This document shows positions 50,801-51,312 of a stretch of 51,312 nt of DNA, one piece after another. Source of the stretch: Chara braunii (lineage: Eukaryota > Plantae > Charophyceae); the NCBI GenBank assembly GCA_003427395.1, contig BFEA01000023.1, forward strand, positions 583,738-635,049, in the 5' to 3' direction. A model generated the notes under the pieces. The model was not told the DNA's origin and made no database searches. It saw only the letters and a program-made list of their open reading frames with translations. The position numbers and the translations under genes are program-made. Within the stretch, counting starts at the first letter, position 1, and each line of letters begins with the position of its first letter.

Positions 50801-51138
50801 ATCTGAAAATCGTTTAGTCTCAGGGTGTCGTTTTCGGCTTCACGTACATCCCGATTAGCTACATCTTGGTTACTCATATCTAGATCACCTATATCTTCAA
50901 TACCTAGATCTCGATTACCTACTTCTCGACAATACTTCCATCATCATCACTACCATCATCAATACTAATATCATCTGAAAACTTTTCGGTCTCAGGATTA
51001 GGATTCAGCACGAGTAGCTAGATTCCTTTGTTATCATCACTGGTATCATTAGTATCATCAGTAGTAGAATTTTCGAGGGTTTTTGCTGGTCTTATTTCCA
51101 TGAAATTTCTTGGTGAGTTTCCTGAAGGTACTTAGTAT

Positions 51139-51268
51139 GGGACGCTGGGCCCGGTTCCCAGCTCGTGCCAATTTGTGAGGATAAGGTTGTATATATGGGA
51201 CGCCGGACCCGGTTTACAGCAGGTGTTGCTCCCCACCAATAGATGGAGCTTTGTTCTCAAAAGAAAAG

Positions 51269-51312
<44 letters not shown>
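51139..51312 (+). mobile_element. Retroposon 3' end with structured module (half copy 51139-51162, full copy 51197-51249) and long poly(A)
   Basis: Module sequences followed by TTTGTTCTC and a long A-rich tail running to the window end. Confidence 0.8.

Overview
Repeat-rich eukaryotic nuclear DNA from a gapped draft assembly. The plant-type U2 snRNA and nad7 fragments, and the long low-complexity insertions in the one protein, suggest a streptophyte (Chara-like) genome; this is inference. One host gene is supported: a 5-exon minus-strand PIG-X/PBN1-like gene (37419->25771, about 1313 aa by my splice model). The rest is nested transposon debris: three L1-type LINE remnants, a 7.7-kb TG...CA solo-LTR-like insert, a PIF/Harbinger-like TIR element, several MITEs, a tRNA-derived SINE, a retroposed truncated U2 snRNA with poly(A) and TSD, two overlapping nad7 mitochondrial fragments, and satellites/microsatellites. 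A Nextera junction adapter (23091-23128) is an assembly artefact. The most unusual signal is a ~53-nt RNA module found five times, mostly near retroposon 3' ends, with compensatory base changes consistent with two tandem pseudoknots. Most ORFs in the supplied track are spurious.
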